Assembly (NCBI RefSeq): GCF_020745735.1
Contig: NC_083426.1
Coordinates: forward strand, 14,756,001-14,820,000
Reading direction: 5' to 3'
DNA: 64,000 nt
Source: Hemiscyllium ocellatum
Lineage: Eukaryota
This document shows, one piece after another, positions 12,494-43,927 of the stretch. A model generated the notes under the pieces. That model searched no databases. It was not told the DNA's origin and saw only the letters and a program-made list of their open reading frames with translations. The translations under genes were made by a program, and so were the position numbers. Every line of letters begins with the position of its first letter. Position 1 is the first letter of the stretch.

Positions 12494-12500
12494 TATAAAA
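12494..12500 (+). promoter_or_regulatory. TATA box of pepsinogen gene 1
   Basis: TATAAAA 59 nt upstream of ATG; equivalent boxes precede genes 2 and 3. Confidence 0.8.
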
Positions 12501-12552
12501 ACACCAAGCGCACTCACAAATCTCACCAAGGTCTTGACAAGTACCAGACAAG

Positions 12553-30404
<17,852 letters not shown>

Positions 30405-30666
30405 TTTAATCATCCAAGATTTCATTTAAAGCGTATTCCAATTCTTTTTAAGTCCTTCCCTCAGTCTTCAGCCATGATTGATGTAATGGAGCCACACAGT
30501 AACAAGAACTCAAGTAAAAGCCTCATTGGCCTTTGGTTAAAGAGCAGGCAAGCTAATCTGATTAAGTATGAGACAACATGAAGGCACATCTCTAAAATAC
30601 AGTCAATTAGTTGCAACCTCTTCATTCAATTTGAGTACACCCTTCACATTACTGACCTCTAAATCT

Positions 30667-30672
30667 AATAAA
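30667..30672 (+). terminator. Polyadenylation signal of gene 1
   Basis: First AATAAA seen about 260 nt after the stop codon. Confidence 0.7.
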
Positions 30673-31330
30673 ATTGCTCAAGAAAATATGCTTTAAATGG
30701 ATTATCTGCATTGTCAACCGTGGATGATAAACTGCATCGTACTCACACTCATAATTTTACTCTCCTCTCTGATGTTTTCAATCCTAAATGAAGACTTACC
30801 TGCTTTAGGAATTAATTGCTCTGGACATTAGATAGCATAAACATTCCAGAGCCAAAAGTCATCTACATTTTAGATGCTTGCTTTTGTAGATGAATTTAGA
30901 CTTGTGTGTGGAAAGCATGCTGTACGGTCTTAGTAAAAGCACATCAACATTTTTGCATGAAATTGTATTAATCATTCCTGACCAGTCGGGAAATGATCTT
31001 TACATGATCTCATGCTTACACAGTTGGAGTGGCAGATTGGTAATTGGCATTGTCCATTGTTATCGAACCTGCCTGACTTTTATAAACAAGAGTGGGAAAC
31101 CCACTCTGTCAATTTGTGTCCTAAACTGTGAGTGTAGTAATGATCTCTGATGTAATTTTTAATAAGATCATGCAGTGAGATTTAATCTTGATGGTGCACA
31201 CTAAATATTTTCTATTTGTATTTGCTAATGAAGTAAATGTCAATAAACTTACAAGTATTGCAAGCATTTTTTGTTATTATGACTTTTTGTTCATGTCAGT
31301 GACGGGCTGCTCTGCACATCTGTTCAAAAC

Positions 31331-31462
31331 ATCCCTGATGAAGGGCTTAAGCCTGAAACATCAGCTCTCCTGCTCCTCGGATGCTGCCTGACCTGTTGTG
31401 CTTTTCCAGCACCACCATTTTCAACTCTGACTCTCCAGTATCTGCAGTCCTCACTTTTTCCT
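31331..31462 (+). mobile_element. Penelope pLTR fragment with decayed hammerhead
   Basis: CCTGATGAAGGGCTTAAGCCTGAAACATC followed by the shared GATGCTGCCTGACCTG...CCAGCA tail. Confidence 0.65.
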
Positions 31463-31779
31463 AAAAGACACAGTCAGCCACATCTGAATATTCTAAATAA
31501 GCACACCATTCTCTCCCTGCACCATACCACAACACACAATGTTCATAACATCAATGCAACCTGTAACTAATTGTTAATATGCATTTAATTATATCTAGTT
31601 AACTGTAAAACTCTCCTAGTTAGATCACTAAATAGTTTTCCTTTATCACATTAAATCAACTGAAATAGGTCCGTGCAGGCCAATATCCCGTCACCAAGTC
31701 ACCCTTTATTTCCACCTGCCTAGTGCACCACACTGACTCAGCGAGCACAGAGCTGCCTCTGAGAGTGAGCAGAACCTTC

Positions 31780-32083
31780 TTAGATTAGATTACTTACAGC
31801 GTGGAAACAGGCCCTTCGGCCCAACAAGTCCACACTGACCCACCGAAGCACAACCCACCCAAACCCATTCCCCTACATTTACCCTTTCACCTAACACTAC
31901 GGACAATTTAGCATGGCCAATTCACCTAACCTGCACATTTTTGGATTGTGGGAGGAAACCGGAGCACCCGGAGGAAACCCACACAGACATGAGGAGAATG
32001 TGCAAGCTCCACACAGAGAGGGAATTGAACCCCGGTCTCTGGCGCTGTGAGGCAGCAATGCTAACCACTGTGCCACCGTGCCA
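31780..32083 (-). mobile_element. HE1/V-SINE-like element nested in an LTR-like repeat
   Basis: Reverse-complement match with (GATTA)n tail. Confidence 0.85.
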
Positions 32084-34659
32084 CCCTCTGCCACTCCTGT
32101 TTATATCTGACAGCCAAGGCTCCCTCCGTGGACCAGATTAACAACACAAATCAGGGAACTCATATTCCGAATCCTATCAGATCGAATGGATCAGTTGGAG
32201 AGGCAGTTAGAGGCAATGAGAAATTTACAAGAGCAAAGGGGGTGTGATGGATGGCAGTTAGAGGAAGGGAGAAAAGTCACAGATACAGTCACATAGTTGG
32301 GTTAACTCTAGGAAAGGTAAGAGAGATAGGCAGGTAGTGCAGGAGTCTTCTGTAGCTATCCCCATCTCAAACAAGTATGCTGTTTTGGAAAATGTATGGG
32401 GTGATGGATTCTCAGGTGAATATAACATGAACAGCCAAGTATGTTGTATCAAGACTAGCTCTAATGCAATGAGGGGTACATCAGGTTCCAAGCGATCGAT
32501 TGTGTTCGGGGACTCTCTAGTGCAAGGCAGACAGATGCTTCTGTGCCCAAGAGTGAAAAATCAGAATGGTATGTTCCTTCTCTGCTGCCAGGCTCAAAGA
32601 TGTCTCAGAGAGCATGCAGAATGCTCTATGGATAAGAGGGGCCAGCAGGAAGTCATTGTACATTGGGGCTAACAACATAGGAAAGGAAAAGGTTGAGATT
32701 CTGAACGGAGGTTACAGTGAGATGGCAGGAATTTAAAAAGGAGGTCCTCGACAGTAATAATATCTGGATTACTCCCAGCGCTTCGAGCTAGTGAGGGCAG
32801 GAATAGGCCGGTAGAGCTGATGAATGCATGGTTGAGGAGCTGGTGTATGGGAAAAGGATCCACATATTTGGATAATAGGAATCTCTTTTGCGGTAGAAGT
32901 GACCTGTACAAGGACAGATTGCACCTGAATTGGAAGGGGATGAATATATTGGCAGGGAGATTTGCTCAAGCTGCTTGGGAAGATTTAAATAGCAAAGTGG
33001 GGGGGGAGGGGGTGGTGGTGGTGGAGGGTTGGGACTTAGGGGGATAGAGATCAATATGAGAATGGTCTAGTTGAGAAAAGAAGTGAGTCAAACAGTCATG
33101 GCAGGCAGGGACAAAGCAAAGAACAAGGTAGACTAATAAATTAAACTGCATTTATTTCAGGTGGACAGGTGGACTTTAATAACAGGGAAGGCAGATGAAC
33201 TCTGGGCATGGTTAGAAACATGGGACTGGGATATCATAGCAGTTACAGAAACGTAGCTCAGCGATGTACGGGACTGGCAGCTTAATATTCCAAGATACAA
33301 ATGCTATAGGAAGGACAGATAGAGGGGAAGAGAGGAGTGGGGAGTAGCATTTTGATAAGGGATAACATTACAGCTGTACTGAGGGAGGATATTCCCAGAA
33401 ATATATCCGGGCAAGTTATTTGGGTGGAACTAAGAAATAAGAAAGGAATGATCACCTTATTGAGATTGAATTATAGACCCCTTATTAGTTGGCTGGAAAT
33501 TGAGAAACAAATTTGTAAGGAGATCTCAGTTATCTGTAAGAATAATAAGGTGGTTATGGTCGGGGATTTTAACTTTCCAAGCATTGACTGTGACTACCAA
33601 AGTGTGAACGATTTAGATGGAGAGGAATTTGTTAAGTATGTATAAGAACATTTTCTGATTCAGTATGTGGATGTACCTGACCTACTCTTGGGAAATAAGG
33701 CAGGCAGGTGACTAAGGTGTCAGTGAGGGAGCATTTTGGGGCCAGTGACCATAATTCTGTTAGTTTTAAAATTGTGATGGAAAAAGATAAACCATCTATA
33801 AGTTGAAGGTTTAAATTGAAGGAAGGCTAATTTTGAACAAATTAGGCAAGAACTTTCAAAAGTTCTGATTGGGTGCAGATGTTGGCAGATAAAGGGACGA
33901 CTGGAAAATGGGAAGCCATCAGAAATTAGATAACAAAGAGTCTAGAGACAGTATATACCTGTTAGGGTGGAAGGAAATGCTGCCACGTGTAGGGAGTGCT
34001 GGATGACAATAGAAATTGAAGCTTTGGTTAAGAAAAAGAAGAAAGCATATGTCAGGTATAGACAGGATAGATCAAATGAGTCCTTAGAAGGGTATAAAGG
34101 CAGTAGGAGTATACGTAAGATGGAAATCAAGAGGATAAAAAGGGGTCATGAGATAGCTTTGGCAAATAGAATTAAGGAGAATCCAAAGGATTTTTACAAA
34201 TACATTAAGGACAAAAGGGTAACTAGGAAGAGAATAGTGTTCCTCAACGAAGTAACAAAAACGATTGATGAGGGCAGAGCGATAGACGTGATCTATATGG
34301 ACTTCAGTAAAGCATTCAACAAGGTTCCCCATGGGAGACTGGTTAGCAAGGTTAGATCACATGGAATACAGGGAGAACTAACCATTTGGATACAGAACTG
34401 GCTCAAAGGTAGAAGACAGAGAGTGGAGGGTTGTTTTTCAGACTGGAGGCCTGTGACCAGATGAGTGCCACAGGGATCGGTGATGGATCCACTACTTTTC
34501 ATCATTTATATAAATGATTTAGATGTGAGCATAAGAAGTATAGGTAGTAACTTTATAGATGACACCAAAATTGGAGGTGTAATGGACAGCGAAGAAGTTA
34601 CCTCAGAGAACAATGGGATCTTAGTCACATGGGCCAATCAGATGGTGGCAGCAGGTTCT

Positions 34660-35156
34660 GCAACATGGAGGTCCTGGGCCTCCTTCACCGCCATTCCCTC
34701 ACCACCAGACGCCTGGAGGAAGAACGCCTCATCTTCAGCCTCAGAACACTTCAACCCCAGGGCATCAATGTGGACTTCAACAGTTTCCTCATTACCCCTT
34801 CCCCTACCTCATCCTAGTTCCTAACTTCCAGTTCAGCAATGTCGCCATGACTTGTCTGGACTAGCCCTACCTGCCTGTCTCCTTTTCCACCTATCCACTC
34901 CACCTTCTCCTACCTGACCTATCACCTTCATCCCCTCCCCCACTCACCCATTGTACTCTATGCTACTTTCTCCCCACCCCCACCCTCCTCTAGCTTATCT
35001 CTCCACGCTTCAGGCTCACTGCCTTTATTCCTGATGAAGGGCTTTTGCCCGAAACGTCGATTTCGCTGCACTTTGGATGCTGCCTGAACTGCTGTGCTCT
35101 TCCAGCACCACTAATCCAGAATCTGGTTTCCAGCATCTGCAGTCATTGCTTTTACC
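34660..35156 (+). mobile_element. 3' fragment of the same Penelope-like family, nested in a CR1
   Basis: Encodes MEVLGLLHRHSLTTRRLEEERLIF..., matching the end of ORF 4709-6052, then the same pLTR. Confidence 0.9.
35027..35063 (+). ncRNA. Minimal type I hammerhead ribozyme motif in Penelope pLTR
   Basis: AUUC-CUGAUGA-A-GGGC(UUUU)GCCC-GAAA-CG-UC/GAUUU: both core strands, stem II and palindromic ACGU stem III. Confidence 0.8.
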
Positions 35157-36579
35157 ATGCAGGTGGGCCAGATGGGCTGAAGAGTGACAGGTGGACTTTA
35201 ATTTAGATAAATGAAACATGCTGCATTTTGGAAAAGCAAATCTTAGCAGGACTTATACACTTACTGTTAAGGTCCTGGGGAATGTTGTTGATCAAAGAGA
35301 CCTTGAAGTGCAGGTTTGTAGCACCTTGAAAGTGGAGTCGCAGGTAGAAAGTATAGTGAAGAAGGTATTTGCTCAAAGTATTGAATATAGGCATTGGGAG
35401 GTCATATTGCGGCTGTACAGGACATTCATTAGGCCACTGTTAGAATATTGTGTGCAATTCTGGTCTCTATCTTATCGGAAAGATATTGTGAAACTTAAAA
35501 AGGTTCAGAAAAGATTTACAAGGATATTGCCAGGGTTGGAGGATTTGAGCTATAGGGAGAGGTTAATAGGCCAGAGCAGTTTTCCCTGGTACATCAGGGA
35601 CTGAGGGGTGACCTTATAGAGGTTTATAAAATCATGAAGGACATAGGTAGGATAAATTGACAAAGTCTTTTCCCTGGGGTGGGGGAGTTCAGAACTAGAG
35701 GGCATAGGTGGAGAAAGATATAAAAGACACCCAAGGAGCAACGTTTTCATGCAGAGGGCAGTATGTGTATGGAATGAACTGCCAGAGGAAGTGGTGGAGG
35801 CTGGTACAATTGCAACACTTAAAAGGCATCTGGATGGGTATATGAATATAAACGGTTTGGAGGGATATGGGCCAGGTGCTGGCAAGTGGGACTAGATTAG
35901 GTTAGGATATCTGCTCAGCATGGACAAGTTAGACCAAAGGGTCTGTTTCCGTGCTGTGACTCTGATTCTATGAGGTCCAGCTCGCTGACTTTATTATATC
36001 TACTACATCAGCCAGGCCACAAGTTATTTACACTTAACCAGGATGGTGGCACCATAGTGGGCTGGTGTTGCTGAAACAACAGGCCTCATTCTATCTCCAG
36101 AAGCTGTTGCCAAGCAGTTTTAACTAAAAGACACTCGGTGTCAACATGTCTCACAAAGGCATCAAATCCAGATTCTCTGGAAGTTGCAGAACCTTGTTTA
36201 ACCCATAAGTGAACACTACACATTCCACTTTCAACCTTTGAGTTGAGAAACAAAATAGTTCAAACTCTGCAAAACAGTTGTGTCCACACTACAGTTTTCC
36301 CCAGTTCATACTCCAAATAAAATATTTGTAATCTTTACAATTATAATTCACAAAATCCTCTTCATTGCATCATCATCTTATCATGTCATGTGTTCAAGCT
36401 GCCAGTATAATACAACTTAGAAGCTGTCACTATCCTTCCTAAGTATATTCGGTTAAATTGCCTGTGTCAAGTAATGAGGAGAGCCACAGTCAATCTTCAG
36501 CAGAAGGTGAACATAAAGGTTTCTGGCATACTACTTATCAACTACCTAGATAGATGATTGCTTATTATGAGACATCCAG

Positions 36580-36740
36580 AAGGCTGGAAGAACACAGCAA
36601 GCCAGGCCGCATCAGAAGGTGGAGAAGTCAACGTTTCGGGTGTAAGCCTTCTTCAGGACTGGGGTGGGTGTAGAGGGAGTGCATGTCTGAGGGAGGCAGA
36701 GAACTTCTTCAAAGTGGGCATCCTTTCAAGAGATTTCTCA
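36580..36740 (-). mobile_element. Penelope-related fragment with hammerhead motif (36626-36660)
   Basis: Reverse complement AGUC-CUGAAGA-A-GGCUUACACCC-GAAA-CG-UU/GACU with perfect 4-bp stem I. Confidence 0.6.
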
Positions 36741-37334
36741 GTGGTACAAACTTGTTGAGACATCAAGCTCAACCTGAAAGTAAGTATACATGACCGCTAG
36801 TTACATGGATTTAGCATTAGATCAACTAAATGTACCAGACAGCCAACACTCTGAACACGTGTTATTTCCTCCCATGAAGAATTTTCTATCTCTTGATGGG
36901 TGGAGCTTATCTTTGATGTTGGTTAACTCTTTCAGGTATTAACTACACCATGCAACAATAAAGATTACAATCAGGATGTTTGTACTGGGTGTCGACTGGG
37001 GCGGACAAAGTCAGAAATCACATGACACCAGGTTATAGACCAGATGAAAGACCAGCACTCCAAAAGCTTGAGCTTTCTAATAAACCTATTAGAACAGTAT
37101 TCTGAAATGGGCTAGAGACTCTAGGTTGGTAATTTTAGAGAGAACAGTGCATGATGGAATAAGATTCATTAGCTTGATGCCAAGGGATTCATAATTAAGA
37201 ATCAGCTTTATATTGGTCAAAGATTTCTTTCTGCGTTCTGTTCCTCACCAATGTTGCTGTTTATGGCCTCAATGACCACTTGTCATGTTCTCTTTGGCAC
37301 ACTCTACAGTACATCCCTTCCATTGTAAAGTATA

Positions 37335-37576
37335 ATATCTGAAACAAAAACAGAAATTGCTGGAGAAATTCAGCAGGTCTTGCAGCATCTGTGAGAAGAA
37401 AGCAGAGTTAATGTTTCGCGTCCGGTGACTCTTCATCAATTCTGATTCTGTTGTGATAAAAGGTCACCAGACTCGAAACATAAACTCTGCTTTCTTCCCA
37501 CAGATGTTGCTGAGTTTCTCTAGCAATTTCTGTTTTTGTTTCAGATTGCCAGACTCTGCAGTTTTTTGTTTTATTT
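37335..37576. mobile_element. Inverted-pair pLTR element (GGGUC/GACUC hammerhead family, decayed)
   Basis: ~100-nt inverted arms around a short spacer; related copies near 3165-3340, 11443-11545, 12630-12725, 26482-26570 and 51350-51440. Confidence 0.65.
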
Positions 37577-38639
37577 ACGTGAATAATGTTGCTCCTACGT
37601 CCTGCAGAAGCTGCTCAATTGCCTCAGCACAAGAGCAGTACATTCTCTTGCTTGACACCTTTATAACTTACCAAGGATCCGTTTAATTCAGTCTGTAAGT
37701 GTGCTTCTTTGGACAAATTGCCAGATATAAACATTAATAAAAATAAACAAAAAATAATTCTGTTTCTATAGCGCTCTTTTGAGCAATATATTACATTTTA
37801 CATTGACTAATGCCCTTTTACAGCCATTACTATAATACAAATTTCAAAACTGCACTTTTAGATGTAGACACACAAGATGGGGCAGCATATCACATAACTG
37901 TGGAAAATTCAGCTCCAGACAGCACTGAAAATAAAGTAAATTCTTAAGTATGGACATCCGCAGCTACATGGGAATTAACACATCCCTTTGTTTCAGGATG
38001 GATCGTCTATAAAATAAATACAGCATTTCAATCGTCTTATTTCTCTGCTTCTTGTGAACCACGGAAACATCATAAAACCATTCAGTATTAGATGGATATG
38101 AAAGAATGGCAATTAGATTTGTTAGCTGTTTTTAGAAAAATAAGAGCAAAAGCTGCTCTGAGAAAGAAAAATCATGGCCAATACCTTCAGGAATGTCATC
38201 TATAAATAATAGTCAGCCAGTTAGAAGGACTCATGCGCTAACTCATTCTTATTTCAAGTTCATCAGGGAGCTGACTTCTTGGCAATTCTGTTACTTGAAA
38301 CTTCACAATGGACCGAAATATTTCTGCTTTTACACACAACTGTATGAATGTATCTTAGGAGCAACAGGCCTATTACAAAATAAATTGTGATAATTTCACA
38401 TGTAGGTCAACAAAACATCCTTTTGTTTAGCTATATTTAATTTTTTTATGTATGATGGTACACATGACATGCTGCATTCTACCTCTGGAGGAGGTGTGTG
38501 ATATTAAATAATTGCGCTTATTTTTAAATTCACAAAAGCGTTCTGCTGGGAACATCTATAATGTGGCAAGGGATTGTAATTGTATGGCAGACACCTGGAA
38601 ACCAACTGAATGGGTCAGAATCTCTGACCTAAACTATAT

Positions 38640-41487
38640 AGTCATAGAGTCATAGAGATGTACAGCATAGAAACAGACCCTTTGGTCCAACCTGTCCATG
38701 CTGACCAGATAACCCAACCCAATCTAGTCCCACCTGCCAGAACCCGGACCATATCCTTTCAAACTCTTCCTATTCATATACCCCTCCAGATGCCTCTTAA
38801 ATGTTGCAATTGTACCAGCCTCCACTACTTCCTCTGGCAGCTCACTCCATACATGTACCACCCTCTGTGTGAAAAAGTTGCCACTTAGGTCTGTTTTATA
38901 TCTTTCCCCTCTCACCCTAAACCTATGCCCTCTAGTTCTGGACTCCATGTCACCAGGGAAAGGACTTTGTCTATTTTTCCTATCCATGTCCCTCATAATT
39001 TTGTAAACCTCTATAAGGTCACCCCTCAGCCTCCAACGCTCCAGGGAAAACAGCCCCAGCCTGTTCAGCCTCTCCCCATAGCTCAAATCCTCCAAACCAG
39101 GCAACATCCTTGTAAATCTTTTCTGAACCCTTTCAAGTTTCATAACATCTTTCCGATAGGAAGCAGACCAGAATTGCACGCAATATTCCAACAGTGGCCT
39201 AACCAATGTCCTGTCCAGCCGCAACATGACCTCCCAACTCCTGTACTCAATACTCTGACCAATAAAAGAAAGCATACCAAACGCCTTCTTCACTATCCTA
39301 TCTACTTGCGACTCCACTTTTAAGGAGCTATGAACCTGCACTCCAAGGTCTCTTTGTTCAGCAACACTCCCTAAGACCTTACTATTAAGTGCATAAATCC
39401 TGCTAGGAATTGTTTTCCCAAAATGCAGCACCTCACATTTATCTGAATTAAACTCCATCTGCCACTTCTCAGCCCATTGGCCCATCTGGTCAAGATCCTG
39501 TTGTAATCTGAGGTAACCCTCTTTGCTGTCCACTACATCTCCAATTTTGGTATCATCTGCAAACTTACTAACTGTACCTCTTATGTTCGCATCCAAATCA
39601 TTTATGTAAATGACAAAAAGAAGTGGACCCAGCACTGATCCTTGCAGCACTCCACTGGTCACAGGCCTCCAATCTGAAAAACAAACCTCCATCACCACCC
39701 TCTGTCTTCTACCTTTGAGCCAGTTCTGTACCCAAATGGCCAGTTCTCCCTGTATTCCATGAGATCCAACCTTGCTAATCAGTTTCCCATGGAGAACCTT
39801 GTCAAACGCCTTACTGAAGTCCATATAGATCACACCTACCACTCTGACCTCATCAATCCTCTTTGTTACTTCTTCAATCAAGTTTGTAAGACATGATTTC
39901 CCACGCACAAAGCCATGTTGACTATCCCTAATCAGTCCTTGCCTTTCCAAATACATGTACATCCTGTCCCTCAGGAATCCCTCCAACAACTTGCCCATCA
40001 CTGAGGTCAGGCTCACTGGTCTATAGTTCCCTGGCTTGTCCTTACCACCCTCCTTAAACAGTGGCACCACGTTAGCCAACCTCCAGTCTTCCGGCACCTC
40101 ACCTGTGACTATCAATGATACAAATATCTCAGCAAGAGGCCCAGCAATCACTTGTCTAGCTTCCCACAGAGTTCAAGGGTACACCTGATCAGGGAGAAAG
40201 TGAGGACTGCTGATGCTGGAGATCAGAACTGAAAATGTGTTGCTGGAAAACCTGCTACACCTGATCAGGTCCTGGGGATTTATCCACCTTTATGCATTTC
40301 AAGACATCCAGCACTACCTCCTCTGTAATATGAACATTTTGCAAGGTGTCACCATCTATTTCCCTACAGTTTATAACTTCCATATCCTTTTCCACAGTAA
40401 ATACTGATGCAAAATACTCGTTTAGTATCTCCCCCATTTTCTGTGGCTCCACACAAAGGCCGCCTTGCTGATCTTTGAGGGGCCCTAGTCTCTCCCTAGT
40501 TACCCTTTTGTCCTTAATATATTTGTAAAAACCCTTTGGATTCTTCTTAATTCTATTTGCCAAAGCTATCTCATGTCCCCTTTCTGCCCTCCTGATTTCC
40601 CTCTTAAGTATGCTCCTACTTCCTTTATACTCTTCTAACAATTCACTCGAAATATATTGTTTATACCCTATATATGCTTCCTTCTTTTTCTTAACCAAAC
40701 CTTCTTAACTAAACCCTCAATTTCTATTGTCATCCAGCATTCCTTACACCTACCAGCCTTTCCTTTCACCCTAACAGGAATATACTTTCTCTGGATTCTC
40801 GTAATCTCATTTCTGAAGGCCTCCCATTTTCCAGCCGTCCCTTTACCTGCGAACATCTGCCCCAATCAGCTTTCAAAAGTTCTTGCCTCATACCGTCAAA
40901 ATTGGCCTTTGTCCAATTTAGAACTTCAACTTTTAGATCTGGTCTATCCTTTTCCATCACTATTTTAAATCTAATAGTATTATGATTGCTGGCCCCAAAG
41001 TGCTTCCCCACTGACACCTCAGTCGCCTGCCCTGCCTTATTTCCCAAGAGTAGGTCCAAGTTTTGCACCTTCTCACCCACATACTGAATCAGAAATTCGT
41101 CTCGTACACACTGAACAAATGCCTCTCCATCTAAACTCTTAACACTATGTCAGTCCCAGTCTATGTTTGGAAAGTTAAAATCCTCTCCCATAACCACCCT
41201 ATTATTCTTACAGATAACTGAGATCTCTTTACAAGTTTGTTTCTCAATTTCCCTCTGACTATTAGGGGGTCTATAATACAATCCCAATAAGGTTATCATC
41301 CCTTTCTTATTTCTCAGTTCCACCCAAATAACTTGTGGATGTATTTCCGGGAATTTCCTCCCTCAGTACAGCTGTAATGCTATCCCTTATCAAAAATGCC
41401 ACTCCCCCTCCTCTCTTGCCTCCCTTTCTATCCTTCCTGTAGCATTTGTATCCTGAAGCATTAAGCTGCCAGTCCTGACCATCCCTG
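38640..41487 (-). mobile_element. CR1 LINE (5'-truncated), ORF2 RT largely open (38724-40151)
   Basis: PEDWRLANVVPLFK, QGSVLGPLLF, SKFADD; (GACTCTAT)n tail. Confidence 0.93.
40194..40255 (-). mobile_element. 62-bp pLTR end fragment inserted into CR1 ORF2
   Basis: TACACCTGATCAGG duplicated at 40180-40193 and 40256-40269. Confidence 0.75.
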
Positions 41488-41844
41488 ACCTACCTAATTC
41501 ATTTTGATCTCCAAATTTTACATCTCCATATAAAGCCATTAGGCATGATCTCTGCAATATTTGGATAGAAATTCACAAATTGAAGTTAAGAGGAATTAGA
41601 ATCTCTCTGTAGATTAATATCAGGTTTATTCCATGTGTCAAGCCTTTGTTAACATCTTTCATTATGTTTTGCATAAGCTCCCTCACACCCATTCCATTTT
41701 CAGCAGCAATACCATTTCATTTTCTGTGTACTCTCCATTTATCAATCTACCACTGAAGTATAATGCGTATCCATTAGGTCATGTGTATTCATGGTCAACT
41801 TCACCAGATGCATCCTGGGATTAATAACTTATCATCATTCACTC

Positions 41845-43927
41845 AAAGTGGAGCTTATTCAAGGAAATGCTCCTGAGTGTCCTAAAAAAGTATGCACCTG
41901 TCAGGCAGGGAGGAAGCTGTAGAGCGCGGGAGCCGTGGTTTATGAAGGAAGTGGAATCTCTGGTCCAGAGGAAGAAAAAGGCTTATGTTAGGATGAGATG
42001 TGAAAGCTCAGTTAGGGCACTTGAGGATTACAAGGTAGCCAGGAAAGACCTAAAGAAAGAGCTCAGAAGAGCCAGGAGGAAACATGAGAAGTTGTTGGTG
42101 GATAGGATCAGGGTAAATCATAAGACTTGCTATAGGTATATAAGGACTAAAAGAATGACAAGAGTAAGATTAGAGCCAATCAAAGATAGTAATGGGAAGT
42201 TGTGTGTGGAGTCAGAGGAGATAGGGGAAGCACTAAATGAATATTCTTCTACAGTATTCACTCTAGAAAACAACAATGTTGTCGAGGAGAATACTGAGCT
42301 ACAGGCTACTAGACTAGGTGTGATTGAGGTTCACAAGAAAGAGGTATTAGAAATCCTGCAGAGTGTGAAAATAGATAAGTCCCCTGAGCCAGATGGGATT
42401 TATCCTAGGATCCTCTGGGAAGCCAGGGAGGAGATTGCCGAGCCTTTGACATTGATTTTTAAATCGTCATTGTCTACAGGAATAGTGCCAGAAGACTGGA
42501 GGATAGCAAATGTGGTTCCCCTGTTCAAGAAGGGGAGTAGAGATAACCCTGGTAATTATAGACCAGTGAGGCTTACTTCAGTTGTTGGCAAAGTGTTGGA
42601 AAAGGTTATAAGAGATAGGATTTATAATCATCTAGAAAAGAATAATTTGACTGGAGATAGTCAGCACAGTTTTGTGAAGGATAGGTCGTGCCTCACAAAC
42701 CTTACTGAGTTCTTTGAGAAGGTGACCAAACAGATAGATAAGAGTAAACCGGTTGATGTGGTGTATATGGATTTCAACATAGCGTTCGATAAGGTTCCCG
42801 ACAGTAGGCTATTGCACAAAATGCGGAGGAATGGGATTGTGGGAGATATAGCAGTTTGGATCAGTAATTGGCTTGCTGAAAGAAGAAAGAGGGTGGTGTT
42901 GATGGGAAATGTTAATCCTGGAGTCCAGTTACCAGTGGTGTACCGCAAGGGTCGGTGTTGGGTCCACTGCTGTTCGTCATTTTTATAAATGACCTGGATG
43001 AGGGCGTAGAAGGGTGGGTTAGTAAATTTGCAGACGACACTAAGGTTGGTGGAGTTGTGGAGAGGGACAAAGGATGTTGTAAGTTACAGACAGACATCGA
43101 TAAGCTGCAGAGCTGGGCTGAGAGGTGGCAAATGGAGTTTAATGTGGACAAGTGTGAGGTGATTCACTTTGGTCGGAGTAACCGGAAAGCAAAGTACTGG
43201 GCTAATGGTAAGATTTTTGGTAGTGTCAATGAGCAGAGAGATCTCAGTGTCCAGGTACACAGATCCTTGAAAGTTGCCACCCAGGTTGACAGGGTTGTTA
43301 AGAATGCAGACAGTGTTTTAGCTTTTATTAATAGAGGGATCGAGTTCCGGAACCATGAGGTTATGATTCAGCTGTCCAAACTCTGGTGCGGCTGCACTTG
43401 GAGTATTGTGTACAGTTCTGGTCACCACATTATAAGAAGGATGTGGAAGCCTTGGAAAGGGTGCAGAGGAGATTTACCAGGATGTTGCCTGGTATGGAGG
43501 AGAGGTCTTACGAGGAAAGGCTGAGGGACTTGAGGCTGTTTTCGTTGGAGAGAAGAAGGTTGCGAGGTGACTTAATAGAGACATATAAGATAATCAGACG
43601 GTTAGATAGGGTGGACAGGGAGAGCCTTTTTCCAAGTATGTTGACGGCGAGCACGAGGGGGCAGAGCTTTAAATTGAGGGGTGATAGATATAGGACAGAT
43701 GTCAGAGGTAATTTCTTTACTCAGAGAGTATTAAGGGTATGGAATGCTTTGCCTGCAATGGTAGTAGATTCGCCAACTTTAAGTGCATTTAAGTCGTCAT
43801 TGGACAAACATATGGACGTGCATGGAATAGCATAGGTTAGATGGGCTTCAGATTGGCATGACAGGTTGGCGCAACATTGAGGGCCGAAGGGCCTGTACTG
43901 CACTGTAATGTTCTATGTTCTATGTTC
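41845..43927 (+). mobile_element. CR1 LINE (5'-truncated, second subfamily), frameshifted ORF2
   Basis: ORFs 41867-42988, 42955-43524 and 43386-43835 with RT motifs; (GTTCTAT)n tail. Confidence 0.93.

Larger units (their letters stand above)
32172..35972 (+). mobile_element. Long degenerate CR1 LINE (ORF1 esterase-like + APE/RT ORF2), internally deleted and interrupted by a Penelope fragment
   Basis: IVFGDSLV (SGNH-esterase-like ORF1), MVGDFNFP (APE), YMDFSKAFNKVPH and LLEYCVQFWS (RT/C-term). Confidence 0.88.

Noticed and set aside
37950-38400. Possible minus-strand exons with splice-like sites in the AT-rich island
   Set aside because: No recognisable protein similarity and no consistent phase chain; such sites occur by chance.
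38724-40151. 475-aa RT ORF as a host gene or active LINE
   Set aside because: Part of a 5'-truncated CR1 with a small in-frame deletion, upstream frameshifts and a 62-bp insertion.
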